From positions 1 through 32,000 of the forward strand of contig ACYB01000037.1 in the NCBI GenBank assembly GCA_000175855.1: a stretch of 32,000 nucleotides of DNA. Reading direction: 5' to 3'. This stretch comes from Raphidiopsis brookii D9. GTDB taxonomy: Bacteria; Cyanobacteriota; Cyanobacteriia; Cyanobacteriales; Nostocaceae. The stretch's first letter is position 1; each line of letters starts with the position of its first letter. The notes under the pieces were generated by a model. That model made no database searches. It was not told the origin of the DNA and worked only from the letters and a program-made list of their open reading frames with translations. This document shows, piece after piece, positions 1 through 9,783 of the stretch. A program made the translations under genes and the position numbers.

Positions 1-167
1 ACTAGGTTATGTTTAGACATGTTTTCCAAACCTGCTGGATACAGATTGAATCCGGTCTCTTTATATCTCTTAATGATTATGATGTCTAGCAGTTGTTTTC
101 TGATAGTTAGATCCTTTTCTACTTCCACCTCATAAGGACTATTATAGAAGTGGATGGTCATAAACAT
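1..167 (-). CDS. hypothetical protein, N-terminal part only (runs off the left edge)
   Basis: Not in the ORF track because it is partial. A minus-strand ATG at 165-167 opens MFMTIHFYNSPYEVEVEKDLTIRKQLLDIIIIKRYKETGFNLYPAGLENMSKHNL... with no stop before position 1. No family recognised. Confidence 0.3.
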   Translation of the reverse strand, partial: MFMTIHFYNSPYEVEVEKDLTIRKQLLDIIIIKRYKETGFNLYPAGLENMSKHNL

Positions 168-320
168 TCCTAAAAGGCGGTGCCAGTCTCTATTTGGATT
201 TTGGGAAGACTTTTTTTCTGAGGTTTGGGTTTTTTACTTACCATGACCGGACTATTCACATACTTTATTATTGAATGTGGGTTTGGTTAATTACCCCATG
301 TCAATTGAGAAAATTTGAAA

Positions 321-698
321 CTAAGCAAAACGATCAAACCCCACCTCTAATAAATTCCTTATAGAATCGCCAAAATCAGCTCCTTCTTTTGTCTTATCCA
401 GTTCATCAAAAATATCTCCATCAGGAGGTTGTTGAGTTAGAACTTGACGTTGCAAGGTGTAAAAGTGTGTATATATCCCCTCTGTTTCCAGTTCTGCTGT
501 CACCAAATAAAAGCCCTGGGCACCCAAATAATTTAAAAACTCGTGTATAGTCTTTACCCTGGGTCTAAGACGTTTACCATTCACATATATGTTCATAATT
601 TCATTTGTCATACCTCGACCAAGCAACTGCACACCAATCTGAATAAATTGATAAGCCTTTCTTGTCCTTTCAGAACTAGTATTCATAACCATACCCAA
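321..698 (-). CDS. hypothetical protein (125 aa)
   Basis: Clean ORF with no overlapping competitor. No signal peptide and no motif I recognise. Confidence 0.45.
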   Translation of the reverse strand: MGMVMNTSSERTRKAYQFIQIGVQLLGRGMTNEIMNIYVNGKRLRPRVKTIHEFLNYLGAQGFYLVTAELETEGIYTHFYTLQRQVLTQQPPDGDIFDELDKTKEGADFGDSIRNLLEVGFDRFA

Positions 699-976
699 TG
701 AATATTTATCCGTAATAAAAGTCGTATTTTATACGATAAATGAAAATACTGACCTTTAAATTTAACAAAGGCTTTTGTATCCATTATCAAAATAAAACCA
801 GATATTTACTTAAATGTAACAATTCAAACAATAAGTAATTAGATTATATTTAAACATCTATCTTGGGATAGATATTTACCAAACCCGATTCCTAGTCAAC
901 AACTTTCCATAAAGCGCAGTGCTACTAATCGGTGAGAAAACCCAGAAAAATGCAATCGCACTGGACTTACCCTCAT

Positions 977-984
977 GCGATCGC
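977..984. repeat. HIP1 octamer GCGATCGC (one of 19 copies in the window)
   Basis: Exact copies start at 977, 1243, 1872, 5997, 6450, 7100, 8001, 11805, 12303, 12741, 13885, 14877, 15411, 15641, 18529, 20674, 30394, 30888 and 31458. HIP1 over-representation is a hallmark of many cyanobacterial genomes. Confidence 0.9.
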
Positions 985-1158
985 CCTTTAATCACCTTCA
1001 ATATTTGCCTTGAGAAGAATGAGGGAAATGGGGACTACAGAAGTTCCAGGTTTTTAAAAACCTTGATGAAGGATTTCAATTAATTCCACTTCCTAGGTGA
1101 AAGTGGACTGTTCCGTCTATTTTAATCCCTTGTAATACTGTATACTTAAAGTCGAGAT

Positions 1159-1491
1159 TTAGCGGCAAACCTTTTGTCCGTTGGCGTTGGTGATTTGTAA
1201 AACATCAAATTCGCGGCCTTCGTATTCACCAACAACTGTCAGGCGATCGCCCACACGAACATGACGCGCAGTGAAGTCACCGCAGACACCCCAGGTATCT
1301 GTGATGATGCTGCGGTTATCCACTCGTAACCGGAATCCATCTTCCCAAACACTCTCTACAATCTCAGTTAAACTCCTAGTATCACCACGGACTGGTTCAA
1401 CGCCGCTAAAGAGTGCAGCAGTAAAACTGGTGACACCAAGAGTTAACCAGGTGGCGATAATAGCAATGTGGGAAACAGGTAATTTAATCAT
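1159..1491 (-). CDS. small exported or membrane-anchored protein, possibly OB-fold (YgiW/BOF-like)
   Basis: Hydrophobic N-terminal stretch IAIIATWLTLGVTSFTAALF. The C-terminal beta-rich segment (FRLRVDNRSIITDTWGV...VGDRLTVVGEYEGREFDVLQI) resembles bacterial OB-fold proteins. The family assignment is by eye only. Confidence 0.5.
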   Translation of the reverse strand: MIKLPVSHIAIIATWLTLGVTSFTAALFSGVEPVRGDTRSLTEIVESVWEDGFRLRVDNRSIITDTWGVCGDFTARHVRVGDRLTVVGEYEGREFDVLQITNANGQKVCR

Positions 1492-1777
1492 AATCTGTTT
1501 TTTGTAGAATGTATATATTGTTGCTAGGCTATTATGTGTTCCTATTCAATCAATAACACAATAGCTAGATACTGTCCATCTAATTTTAGAATTATAATAA
1601 TTGGAATTGCTTATACTTTTGGTAAAGGTCACAACATAGATTATCATGGCGATCAAGAGCTTCCTGATGACTTTAACCCCATGACTTGTATTTTCAACTA
1701 GTCCGTATTTTTTCGGATATGTTCTAGCCCAACCCATATACAAAATGTCAGGGTTAAAAGTATCAGCGAATGAGCTA

Positions 1778-2233
1778 TCACGCTTTATCAGGCCAAAAGT
1801 CAGGACTCATGACCTGTTCCAAGGAAAATGGAGACACTTGGGGAAACTGTTCATCTGGTAAATCAGTTTCGGCGATCGCTAAATCCCTAGCTTCCGACCA
1901 GCTTTCATTTAACGCTTCCTCTAAACGGGATTTTAGACCGGGATTTCTCCTCAACAGTTTAGCAATGGCTGTGCGTTGAACACGAATAGTTGCTCGCCAA
2001 CTATTGGTCTGCTTCCAAGGCTGAATTTGCCATTTGAGTAGATGGGCAATTAGTTGCATCAAACGAGATTCAAGTTGGTCATAATGACGATTCCCCAAGT
2101 CTTCTAATTCCTCAATCAAATGACCTAAATCTAATTGTTCAAATTTCCCTTCTCGTAACAGGTTAGATTGCTGGTAAACCCAGCTATAGAAATCCTTTTC
2201 ATAAGTAGTTTTACTCATTAATATATGCTCCAA
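1778..2233 (-). CDS. DUF29 domain-containing protein
   Basis: YEKDFYSWVYQQSNLLREGKFEQLDLGHLIEELEDLG...LIAHLLKW is the typical cyanobacterial DUF29 signature. The true start is probably the second Met (MSKTTYEKDFY, nt 2218). Confidence 0.85.
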   Translation of the reverse strand: MEHILMSKTTYEKDFYSWVYQQSNLLREGKFEQLDLGHLIEELEDLGNRHYDQLESRLMQLIAHLLKWQIQPWKQTNSWRATIRVQRTAIAKLLRRNPGLKSRLEEALNESWSEARDLAIAETDLPDEQFPQVSPFSLEQVMSPDFWPDKA

Positions 2234-2387
2234 AAAGCACTTACTGGCAGAATAATCACTCAGGGACTTTGGCTTTGAGTCTTCCGTTAATTCAAATAAT
2301 TACGGATAATTCCTTTAGATTTAAATATATGCTATGATAAAATCAATATAGCATAAATTCGAATCTCTTATATAAGGTTAATTAACT

Positions 2388-3653
2388 ATGGAATCAGAAT
2401 ACCGACAACGTCGTGAACAGGTAATGGCAAAAATCAGTACGGGGGCTGCAATATTTCGCAGCGCTCCCACAGCTGTCATGCACAACGATGTCGAGTATGT
2501 TTATAGACAAGATAGTGATTTCTATTATTTAACTGGTTTTAATGAACCGGAAGCAGTCGCAGTTTTAGCACCTCACCATGGGGAACACCGCTTTATCTTA
2601 TTTGTACAACCTAAGGACAGGGAAAAGGAGGTGTGGAGTGGTTATCGTTGTGGGGTGGAGGGTGCAAAGGAAATTTATGGCGCGGATATGGCCTACCCTA
2701 TCACCGAATTGGATGACAAGCTACCACAATATTTACAAAAAGCTGAACGGATATATTATCACTTGGGGAGGGATAGCCATTTTAATGATAGGGTGATCAG
2801 ACATTACCAAAATTTACTGGTTACTCGTCCCAGAAGGGGTACTGGACCGATCGCTATTGAAGATACTGGACCTATCCTACATGGTTTAAGACTACATAAA
2901 ACCAACTTTGAACTAGATCTTATGCGCCAAGCGGCGGATATTGCTGTGTCAGCACATAACCACGCCATGAGTATTGCTAGACCTGGCAGTTATGAATATG
3001 AAATCCAAGCGGAAATAGAGCACATTTTCCGCTTGCAGGGCGGTATGGGTCCTGCTTATCCTTCTATTGTCGCAGCTGGTAAAAATGCTTGCGTTTTACA
3101 CTATATAGAAAACAACTACCAAATGCAAGAACAGGAATTGTTACTAATTGATGCTGGTTGTGCCTATAGATATTACAATTCAGATATTACTAGAACATTT
3201 CCTGTAAATGGTAAGTTTACACCAGAACAAAAGGCTTTATATGAAATAGTATTGGAAGCACAAAAACAGGCAATTCAAGAGGTAAAACCGGGTAATGGAT
3301 TTGATGCACCTCATAAGAAAGCAGTACAGGTTCTTACAGAAGGGTTAATAGAAGTCGGTTTACTTAAAGGAGAGGTTAACCAGCTCATACAGGAAGGAAA
3401 ATATAAACAATTCTATATGCATCGCACTAGCCACTGGTTAGGATTAGACGTACATGATGTTGGTGTTTATCAACATGGGGAAGTTCCACAAGTTTTACAA
3501 CCAGGACAGGTGTTAACCATAGAACCAGGTCTTTATGTTGTGCCACATACCCCATCCGCTGAAGACCAACCCCCTATTGATGACCGTTGGGTGGGAATTG
3601 GTATTAGGATAGAGGATGATGTATTGGTTACCCCCAAGGAAATGAGGTCTTAA
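2388..3653 (+). CDS. pepP: Xaa-Pro aminopeptidase (M24B, PepP); C-terminus displaced by a frame break at a C5 run
   Basis: Full-length similarity to aminopeptidase P: creatinase-like N domain and the pita-bread motifs HYIENN...LLLIDAGC...YNSDITRTFP...HRTSHWLGLDVHD...TIEPG...GIRIEDDVLVT. The canonical tail (P)QGNEVLTGGVPKEIADLERT* is present in the -1 phase at 3635-3697. Confidence 0.9.
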   Translation: MESEYRQRREQVMAKISTGAAIFRSAPTAVMHNDVEYVYRQDSDFYYLTGFNEPEAVAVLAPHHGEHRFILFVQPKDREKEVWSGYRCGVEGAKEIYGADMAYPITELDDKLPQYLQKAERIYYHLGRDSHFNDRVIRHYQNLLVTRPRRGTGPIAIEDTGPILHGLRLHKTNFELDLMRQAADIAVSAHNHAMSIARPGSYEYEIQAEIEHIFRLQGGMGPAYPSIVAAGKNACVLHYIENNYQMQEQELLLIDAGCAYRYYNSDITRTFPVNGKFTPEQKALYEIVLEAQKQAIQEVKPGNGFDAPHKKAVQVLTEGLIEVGLLKGEVNQLIQEGKYKQFYMHRTSHWLGLDVHDVGVYQHGEVPQVLQPGQVLTIEPGLYVVPHTPSAEDQPPIDDRWVGIGIRIEDDVLVTPKEMRS

Positions 3654-3728
3654 CTGGAGGAGTTCCTAAGGAAATTGCTGATCTGGAACGAACCTGATGA
3701 GCAAATTAGTTACGGTCAACTATCTGCT

Positions 3729-4820
3729 ATGATTGACCTGGCTTTACTAATTTTTATTTTTGCGGGAGCTGAAAATGGGCAAAAATATGATGTTTATGGT
3801 GTGGGTAACGCTCTGGTAGATATAGAATATGAGGTGTCTACTGATTTATTGGAAAAGTTACACATTGATAAGGGTGTAATGACACTCTTAGACGAAGAAA
3901 CTCAACATCATATTTTGGAAAATCTCCAACACCTGGATCATCATAAAAGTTGTGGGGGTTCAGCAGCAAATACGATGGTAGCTATTGGACAACTGGGAGG
4001 TAAGCCTTTTTATTCCTGTAAGGTGGCTAAGGATGAGTTTGGTAGGTTCTACACTCAAGATCTACTTGATTCCCATGTGCAAACTAATCTCCAAAACGCT
4101 GATTTACAGTCGGGAATTACAGGCAAATGTTTAGTCTTGGTTACCCCTGATGCTGACCGCACTCTCAACACGTTTCTGGGAATCAGTGCGGAACTTTCTA
4201 CCCAGGAATTGGTTCCGGAAGCAATTACAGCTGCTGAATATTTATATATTGAGGGTTATTTAGTTACCTCCCCCACTGCTAAAGCAGCAGCTATTCAAGC
4301 TAGAGATATTGCTATAGCTGCTGGTGTGAAAACTACCATGTCCTTATCGGACTATAATATGGTACGGTTCTTTGGGGATGGTCTATTGGATATGATTGGA
4401 CCAGGTCTGGATTTTATTTTTGCTAATGAAACCGAAGCTCTAGGTTTGGCACAAACTACGGACTTTCAGGTAGCTATAGATAAAATGAAGCTCCTTAGTC
4501 GGGGATTTGCTATTACTCGCGGATCTCAGGGTTCTATAGTATTTGATGGCGAACAGTTAATTGAAATCCCTGCACCCCCAGTTCATGCTGTGGACACTGT
4601 TGGTGCAGGAGATATGTATGCGGGAGCTTTTCTTTATGGTATTACCCACGGGATGAGTTATCCCCTAGCAGGAAAGTTAGCATCCACCGCAGCTTCTCAA
4701 ATTGTCACGGTCTACGGTCCTAGATTGAAAACTTCTCAACTGCTGGAACTGCTCCAAAGTTTCTCCACTACTAACCACCAGCAACTGCAGGAACAATACT
4801 TATCTCGTCTCCATCCTTAA
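3729..4820 (+). CDS. PfkB-family carbohydrate/adenosine kinase
   Basis: [17 protein letters not shown] near the N-terminus, GGSAANT, and the C-terminal [16 protein letters not shown] anion-hole/catalytic-Asp motif of ribokinase/PfkB kinases. The start is uncertain. The track's TTG at 3675 overlaps the restored pepP tail. An in-frame ATG lies at 3729. A better SD+ATG at 3775 is one base out of frame (see findings). Confidence 0.8.
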   Translation: MIDLALLIFIFAGAENGQKYDVYGVGNALVDIEYEVSTDLLEKLHIDKGVMTLLDEETQHHILENLQHLDHHKSCGGSAANTMVAIGQLGGKPFYSCKVAKDEFGRFYTQDLLDSHVQTNLQNADLQSGITGKCLVLVTPDADRTLNTFLGISAELSTQELVPEAITAAEYLYIEGYLVTSPTAKAAAIQARDIAIAAGVKTTMSLSDYNMVRFFGDGLLDMIGPGLDFIFANETEALGLAQTTDFQVAIDKMKLLSRGFAITRGSQGSIVFDGEQLIEIPAPPVHAVDTVGAGDMYAGAFLYGITHGMSYPLAGKLASTAASQIVTVYGPRLKTSQLLELLQSFSTTNHQQLQEQYLSRLHP

Positions 4821-5046
4821 GAGCTGTTTTTGTGCCTTCCAAAAAACGAATGTCCTCGCTGTTCACATACAAATTCAAAAACTTGCGAGGAGTTCCTTCC
4901 TCATCACGCAATCTACCCTTAATCCCGGGAAAGGTTTTTTCTAGGGTGTCTAATAATTCGTTGACACTGCTACCACTACATTCTACCACCGGTTGGTTAT
5001 TGGTTTCTTTTTGTAGCATTGTGGGAACTAAAACTTTTATGGCCAT
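4771..5046 (-). CDS. MoaD/ThiS-family ubiquitin-fold sulfur-carrier protein
   Basis: 91 aa ending in ...[13 protein letters not shown]. The C-terminal Gly-Gly and the beta-grasp-like pattern are typical of MoaD/ThiS/CysO carriers. It lies immediately downstream of thrC on the same strand. Confidence 0.8.
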   Translation of the reverse strand: MAIKVLVPTMLQKETNNQPVVECSGSSVNELLDTLEKTFPGIKGRLRDEEGTPRKFLNLYVNSEDIRFLEGTKTALKDGDEISIVPAVAGG

Positions 5047-5161
5047 AGTTAATTTTTGGTTGGTTCGTTAATGAATTTAATTAGTTTTTGGTTGGTTTGT
5101 TGCATTAATTAGGTATTAATCCAAAAACCAACACGTCATTGCGGTTTGATAGACAATCCAA

Positions 5162-6466
5162 TTAAACAAGAACTTGTTGCCATTCCAGACGATCTAGAGT
5201 GCGAGACCTCTCCAATGCCCGCTCGAAACTGTCTAGTTTAGCTTCAATGGTCAGCGGTTCGCCTACATAACCCTGTAATGCTTCCTGGGTTTTCAAACCA
5301 TTGCCAGTGATATATACCACTGTGGTTTCATCTGGGTCTATTTTACCAGCTTCCACTAATTTTTTCAACACCGCAATGGTCGTACCACCTGCAGTTTCTG
5401 TGAAGATACCTTCGGTTTCTGCTAGTAGTTTAATGCCTTCGATAATTTCGCTATCATTGACTGATTCTATATTACCACCGGTTTTCTGAGCTATTTCTAC
5501 TGCGTAAACCCCATCCGCAGGATTGCCAATGGCAATGGATTTGGCAATTGTATTCGGTTTTACTGGCTGGATAAAGTCTCTACCTTCTTTAAATGCTGTG
5601 GCAATTGGGGAGCAGCCTTCTGCTTGAGCACCACTAAAGCGAACTTTTTTACCTTCTACTAAGCCAACTTCTGTAAATTCTTGGAAGCCTTTATAAATCT
5701 TGGTGAATAGGGATCCAGAAGCTAGGGGTGCTACTATATGATCCGGTAATTGCCAACCTAGTTGCTCCGCAACCTCAAACCCAAGGGTTTTAGACCCTTC
5801 GGAATAATAGGGGCGCAAGTTAATATTTACAAAACCCCAGCCATGGGTATTAGCCACTTCCGAGCAGAGGCGGTTTACTTGATCGTAATTCCCTCTCACA
5901 GCCATTAATGTGGGACTATAAATTAAACTCCCTAATACTTTACCAGCTTCTAAATCAGCAGGAATAAATACACAACAGTCTAAACCAGCATGAGCCGCGA
6001 TCGCTGCTGTGGAATTAGCCAGGTTACCAGTGCTAGCACAGGAAACGGTTGTAAAACCCAGTTCCCTAGCTCTGCTCAAAGCCACAGATACCACCCGATC
6101 CTTAAAGCTCAGGGTGGGCATATTCACTGCATCATTTTTAATATAAAGTTTATTTAAACCCAAGCGTCGCGCTAAACGGTGAGAACGTACCAGGGGTGTC
6201 ATACCTGTTCCCACATCTATATAGTTTTCAGTAGCTACGGGTAAGAACTGACGATACCGCCAAATTGAATGGGGACCAGCTTCAATAGTTGCTCGACTTA
6301 CAGACTGACGCAAAACATTATAGTCGTATTTCACTTCTAGTGGACCAAAACAAAACTCACAAACGTGTGTAGCCTGCAGTTCATATTCTGTTCCACATTC
6401 CTTACACTTGAGAGCTTTTAATATGCTAGGATTGGCTGTGTTTAGATTTGCGATCGCCTGAGTCAT
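5162..6466 (-). CDS. thrC: threonine synthase (PLP-dependent, with N-terminal zinc ribbon)
   Basis: N-terminal CKECG...CEFCFGPLEV (CxxC...CxxC). PLP-lysine motif PTLSFKDRV. GNxxxS and the glycine-rich PLP phosphate loop (ASGSLF) are present. Start chosen at MTQAIANL (ATG 6464-6466) rather than the upstream 6514 Met. Confidence 0.9.
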   Translation of the reverse strand: MTQAIANLNTANPSILKALKCKECGTEYELQATHVCEFCFGPLEVKYDYNVLRQSVSRATIEAGPHSIWRYRQFLPVATENYIDVGTGMTPLVRSHRLARRLGLNKLYIKNDAVNMPTLSFKDRVVSVALSRARELGFTTVSCASTGNLANSTAAIAAHAGLDCCVFIPADLEAGKVLGSLIYSPTLMAVRGNYDQVNRLCSEVANTHGWGFVNINLRPYYSEGSKTLGFEVAEQLGWQLPDHIVAPLASGSLFTKIYKGFQEFTEVGLVEGKKVRFSGAQAEGCSPIATAFKEGRDFIQPVKPNTIAKSIAIGNPADGVYAVEIAQKTGGNIESVNDSEIIEGIKLLAETEGIFTETAGGTTIAVLKKLVEAGKIDPDETTVVYITGNGLKTQEALQGYVGEPLTIEAKLDSFERALERSRTLDRLEWQQVLV

Positions 6467-6536
6467 AACTATTTTTCCCCGTAAGTCCTTTAACTTTGAT
6501 AAAAATACTAACATGACTGAAAATTACTCGTCAAAC

Positions 6537-6561
6537 ATATCCGACTAAAATAGTCGGATAT
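6537..6561. promoter_or_regulatory. perfect 11-bp inverted repeat (ATATCCGACTA-AAA-TAGTCGGATAT) in the thrC / secreted-protein divergent intergenic region
   Basis: Read directly from the sequence: 6537-6547 is the exact reverse complement of 6551-6561. It lies about 70 nt upstream of the thrC ATG at 6466. Confidence 0.3.
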
Positions 6562-6671
6562 AGGACAATCCTATGTACACAAATCCATTTGATTAAGAAA
6601 AGTCACTAAAATATTGATTTTTCCTACTTTTCAGTTAATGTACTGTCATACACAATACTCAATAAACCCCA

Positions 6672-7055
6672 GTGAAAGCACTTATATTCGTTTCAACAGG
6701 TCTCCTAATTTCCTCTATTGCAGTATCTCCTGAGAGTTTTGCCCAAGGCATACCCAGTCTAAGCAAACCCACTCTCCCTTTCAAGTTCGGTAGCCCTTGC
6801 GTGACCGATCCTAGACATGACGGTACACAAGCTGTGACTAATGTTAAATATGTGGCTCCGGAAATTACTTATGATGATGCTGTTGCTGGTCCCCAGCGTT
6901 CGCTATGGCAGGTTGGCGTATCTCAAGCTTGTTTAGGTGGTGTTGTAGAACCTGTAATTAAAATTCCAACTACTGCAAGCTGTAGTCTTACTCACACCAG
7001 TGGTACTGGGAAATTTGCAGGTAGTAGAGTGGTGCTACAGTTAATTTGCCCCTAG
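6672..7055 (+). CDS. secreted hypothetical protein (127 aa, Cys-containing)
   Basis: GTG start. Sec-type signal peptide MKALIFVSTGLLISSIAVSPESFA/QG. No family recognised. Confidence 0.5.
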   Translation: MKALIFVSTGLLISSIAVSPESFAQGIPSLSKPTLPFKFGSPCVTDPRHDGTQAVTNVKYVAPEITYDDAVAGPQRSLWQVGVSQACLGGVVEPVIKIPTTASCSLTHTSGTGKFAGSRVVLQLICP

Positions 7056-7208
7056 GAATATTGGGATAGTGAAAAGCCAGGTGCGGGAGCAGGGGAAGAG
7101 CGATCGCACTTTACCCCTCCTAGTTAAAAATTTGTTGAACGGTTTATCCAATCTTTATCCTGAAATAGTCTAAAATAGGGGGAATAACGGCAAAAAAGGG
7201 AACTTGGC

Positions 7209-9773
7209 ATGTTAGAAGAATACCAACGACACACTCAAGAACGGGAAAACCTAGGTATACCCCCATTACCGCTAGATGTAGAACAAACATCTCAGCTGTG
7301 TGAATTACTTAAAAATCCTCCCCTAGGACAAGAAGAGCTATTATTACATTTATTACGGGATCGCATTCCTCCAGGAGTAGACCAATCAGCTTATATTAAA
7401 GCTGGGTTCCTCACCGCTATTGCTAAACAAGAAATTACCAGTCCTTTAATTTCCCCTCTCACCGCAGTGGAACTGCTAGGAACCATGGTGGGAGGTTATA
7501 ACGTACAGTCATTAATTAACTTGCTCTCCTCACCAGTAGCTGGATATGCAGCAACAGCACTAAGTAAAATTCTACTTGTATATGATTCATTCAATGATGT
7601 ATTAGAACTCTCTCAGACTAATTCCTATGCTAAACAGGTCATAGACTCCTGGTCCGCAGGAGAATGGTTCACCTCCCGTCCTACCCTACCAGACAAAATT
7701 ACGGTTACAGTTTTCAAGGTTCCAGGAGAAACCAATACCGATGATTTATCACCCGCTACCCACGCCACAACCCGTCCTGATATTCCCCTGCACGCCTTGG
7801 CAATGTTGGAAACCAGACAACCGGGAAGCTTGGAAACTATTGCCCAACTTAAACAAACAGGATATCCCATAGCATACGTGGGAGATGTGGTAGGTACGGG
7901 TTCATCACGTAAATCGGCAATTAACTCCGTATTATGGCATATAGGCAATGATATTCCCTTTGTTCCCAACAAAAGAGCAGGTGGTTATATTTTAGGCGGT
8001 GCGATCGCCCCTATCTTTTTCAACACAGCTGAGGATGCGGGTGCACTACCAATCCAGTGTGATGTAACTCAAATGGAAACGGGTGACATTATTACTATTT
8101 ACCCTTACCAGGGTGAAATCACTAAAGAAGGAAAAATCATTGCCACCTTCAATTTAAAACCAGACACGATTTTAGATGAAGTTCGCGCTGGTGGAAGGAT
8201 ACCTCTGTTGATTGGACGAACTCTCACAGATAAGACTAGACAAGCATTAGGTTTAGCACCCAGTGATTTATTTATTCGTCCCCAACTACCAAAAGACACA
8301 GGTAAGGGTTACACCCTAGGGCAAAAAATGGTTGGTAGAGCTTGTGGTCTCCCAGGTGTGCGACCAGGTACTTCCTGTGAACCAATTATGACCACGGTTG
8401 GTTCCCAAGATACTACAGGACCAATGACCAGGGATGAATTGAAAGAACTTGCTTGTTTAGGTTTCAGTGCGGATCTGGTGATGCAAAGTTTTTGCCATAC
8501 TGCAGCATACCCTAAACCAGTAGATGTGAAAACCCATCAAGAACTACCAGACTTTTTCGCATCCCGTGGAGGTGTAGCTCTTCGTCCAGGAGATGGGATT
8601 ATTCACTCCTGGTTGAACCGGATGTTATTACCAGACACCGTGGGAACTGGTGGAGACTCCCACACTCGTTTTCCTTTGGGCATATCTTTCCCCGCTGGTT
8701 CAGGACTGGTTGCATTTGCAGGTGCTTTGGGTGTAATGCCTTTAGACATGCCTGAATCAGTTTTGGTCAGATTTAAAGGAGAATTACAACCGGGAGTAAC
8801 TCTGAGGGATATTGTTAATGCTATTCCCTACGTTGCTATCCAAAAGGGACTATTAACAGTGGAGAAGAAGAACAAGAAAAATATCTTCTCCGGTAGAATT
8901 ATGGAAATTGAAGGATTACCAGATTTAAAAGTGGAGCAGGCTTTTGAATTGACTGATGCTTCAGCAGAACGCTCTTGTGCTGGTTGTACTATTAAACTAA
9001 GTGAAGAAACAATTGCTGAATATTTACGTTCTAATATTGCCCTGTTAAAAAATATGGTAGCCAGAGGTTATGGTGATGGGCGCACCATTATGAGACGAGT
9101 GGCTAAAATGGAAGCATGGTTAGCTAACCCCTTACTATTAGAAGCAGACCCAGATGCAGAATATGCAGAAGTGATTGAAATTAATTTAACTGAAATCAAG
9201 GAACCTATTGTCGCAGCCCCTAACGATCCTGATAATGTTAAATTATTATCGGCAGTTGCTAACGATACAGTACAGGAAGTATTTGTAGGCTCTTGTATGA
9301 CCAATATTGGACATTATCGCGCCACCGCTAAGGTCTTGGAAGGCGCAGGCCCAGTAAAAGCAAGACTGTGGATAGCACCACCAACCAGAATGGATGAGTA
9401 TCAATTAAAGCAAGAAAAGGTATATGATGTTTTTGTCAATGCCCAAGCAAGAACAGAAGTTCCCGGATGTAGCCTATGTATGGGAAATCAAGCAAGAGTA
9501 GAAGATAATACAACTGTATTTTCTACATCAACTCGCAACTTTAATAATCGCATGGGTAATGGTGCGCAAGTGTATTTAGGTTCGGCAGAATTGGCAGCGG
9601 TTTGCGCTTTATTGGGACGCATTCCTACACCAAAGGAGTATATGTCTGTTGTAATCGAAAAAATTAACCCCTTTGCCGATAATTTGTATCGCTACTTGAA
9701 TTTTGATCAAATTACCGGTTTTGAAGATCAAGGTAGGGTCATTAGCAAGGAACAGCAAGCTACTTTGATTTGA
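7209..9773 (+). CDS. acnB: bifunctional aconitate hydratase 2 / 2-methylisocitrate dehydratase
   Basis: The N-terminus [38 protein letters not shown] matches the AcnB HEAT-like domain. Fe-S ligand context VGSCMTN...[11 protein letters not shown]. 854 aa. Confidence 0.95.
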   Translation: MLEEYQRHTQERENLGIPPLPLDVEQTSQLCELLKNPPLGQEELLLHLLRDRIPPGVDQSAYIKAGFLTAIAKQEITSPLISPLTAVELLGTMVGGYNVQSLINLLSSPVAGYAATALSKILLVYDSFNDVLELSQTNSYAKQVIDSWSAGEWFTSRPTLPDKITVTVFKVPGETNTDDLSPATHATTRPDIPLHALAMLETRQPGSLETIAQLKQTGYPIAYVGDVVGTGSSRKSAINSVLWHIGNDIPFVPNKRAGGYILGGAIAPIFFNTAEDAGALPIQCDVTQMETGDIITIYPYQGEITKEGKIIATFNLKPDTILDEVRAGGRIPLLIGRTLTDKTRQALGLAPSDLFIRPQLPKDTGKGYTLGQKMVGRACGLPGVRPGTSCEPIMTTVGSQDTTGPMTRDELKELACLGFSADLVMQSFCHTAAYPKPVDVKTHQELPDFFASRGGVALRPGDGIIHSWLNRMLLPDTVGTGGDSHTRFPLGISFPAGSGLVAFAGALGVMPLDMPESVLVRFKGELQPGVTLRDIVNAIPYVAIQKGLLTVEKKNKKNIFSGRIMEIEGLPDLKVEQAFELTDASAERSCAGCTIKLSEETIAEYLRSNIALLKNMVARGYGDGRTIMRRVAKMEAWLANPLLLEADPDAEYAEVIEINLTEIKEPIVAAPNDPDNVKLLSAVANDTVQEVFVGSCMTNIGHYRATAKVLEGAGPVKARLWIAPPTRMDEYQLKQEKVYDVFVNAQARTEVPGCSLCMGNQARVEDNTTVFSTSTRNFNNRMGNGAQVYLGSAELAAVCALLGRIPTPKEYMSVVIEKINPFADNLYRYLNFDQITGFEDQGRVISKEQQATLI

Positions 9774-9783
9774 TACGGTCACG

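Noticed and set aside
1271-1507. Antisense or alternative-frame ORFs inside real genes (1271..1507, 1770..1979, 2578..2796, 4832..5071, 5301..5489, 7625..7972, 8105..8299, 9068..9304, 11875..12099, 12393..12575, 13292..13851, 15265..15504, 16441..16647, 17928..18113, 19668..19977, 20216..20416)
   Set aside because: Each is fully embedded in a longer ORF with a clear family assignment. Their compositions are low-complexity mirror images of the coding strand.
1546-1743. 65-aa ORF (MYMGWARTYPKKYGLVENTSHGVKVIRKLL...), considered as a remnant of an IS200-like/RAYT tyrosine transposase
   Set aside because: The resemblance (WAR.Y....G.....VIRK) is too short and degenerate. The rest is low-complexity AT-rich translation. 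No terminal repeats were found.
3675-3728. TTG start at 3675 for the kinase ORF
   Set aside because: It overlaps the restored pepP C-terminus (to 3697) and adds a non-homologous leader. The downstream starts are more plausible.
6467-6514. Upstream Met (MLVFLSKLKDLRGKIV...) as the thrC start
   Set aside because: The extension is not part of the zinc-ribbon domain. MTQAIANL at 6466 gives a conventional N-terminus. Not excluded, just less likely.
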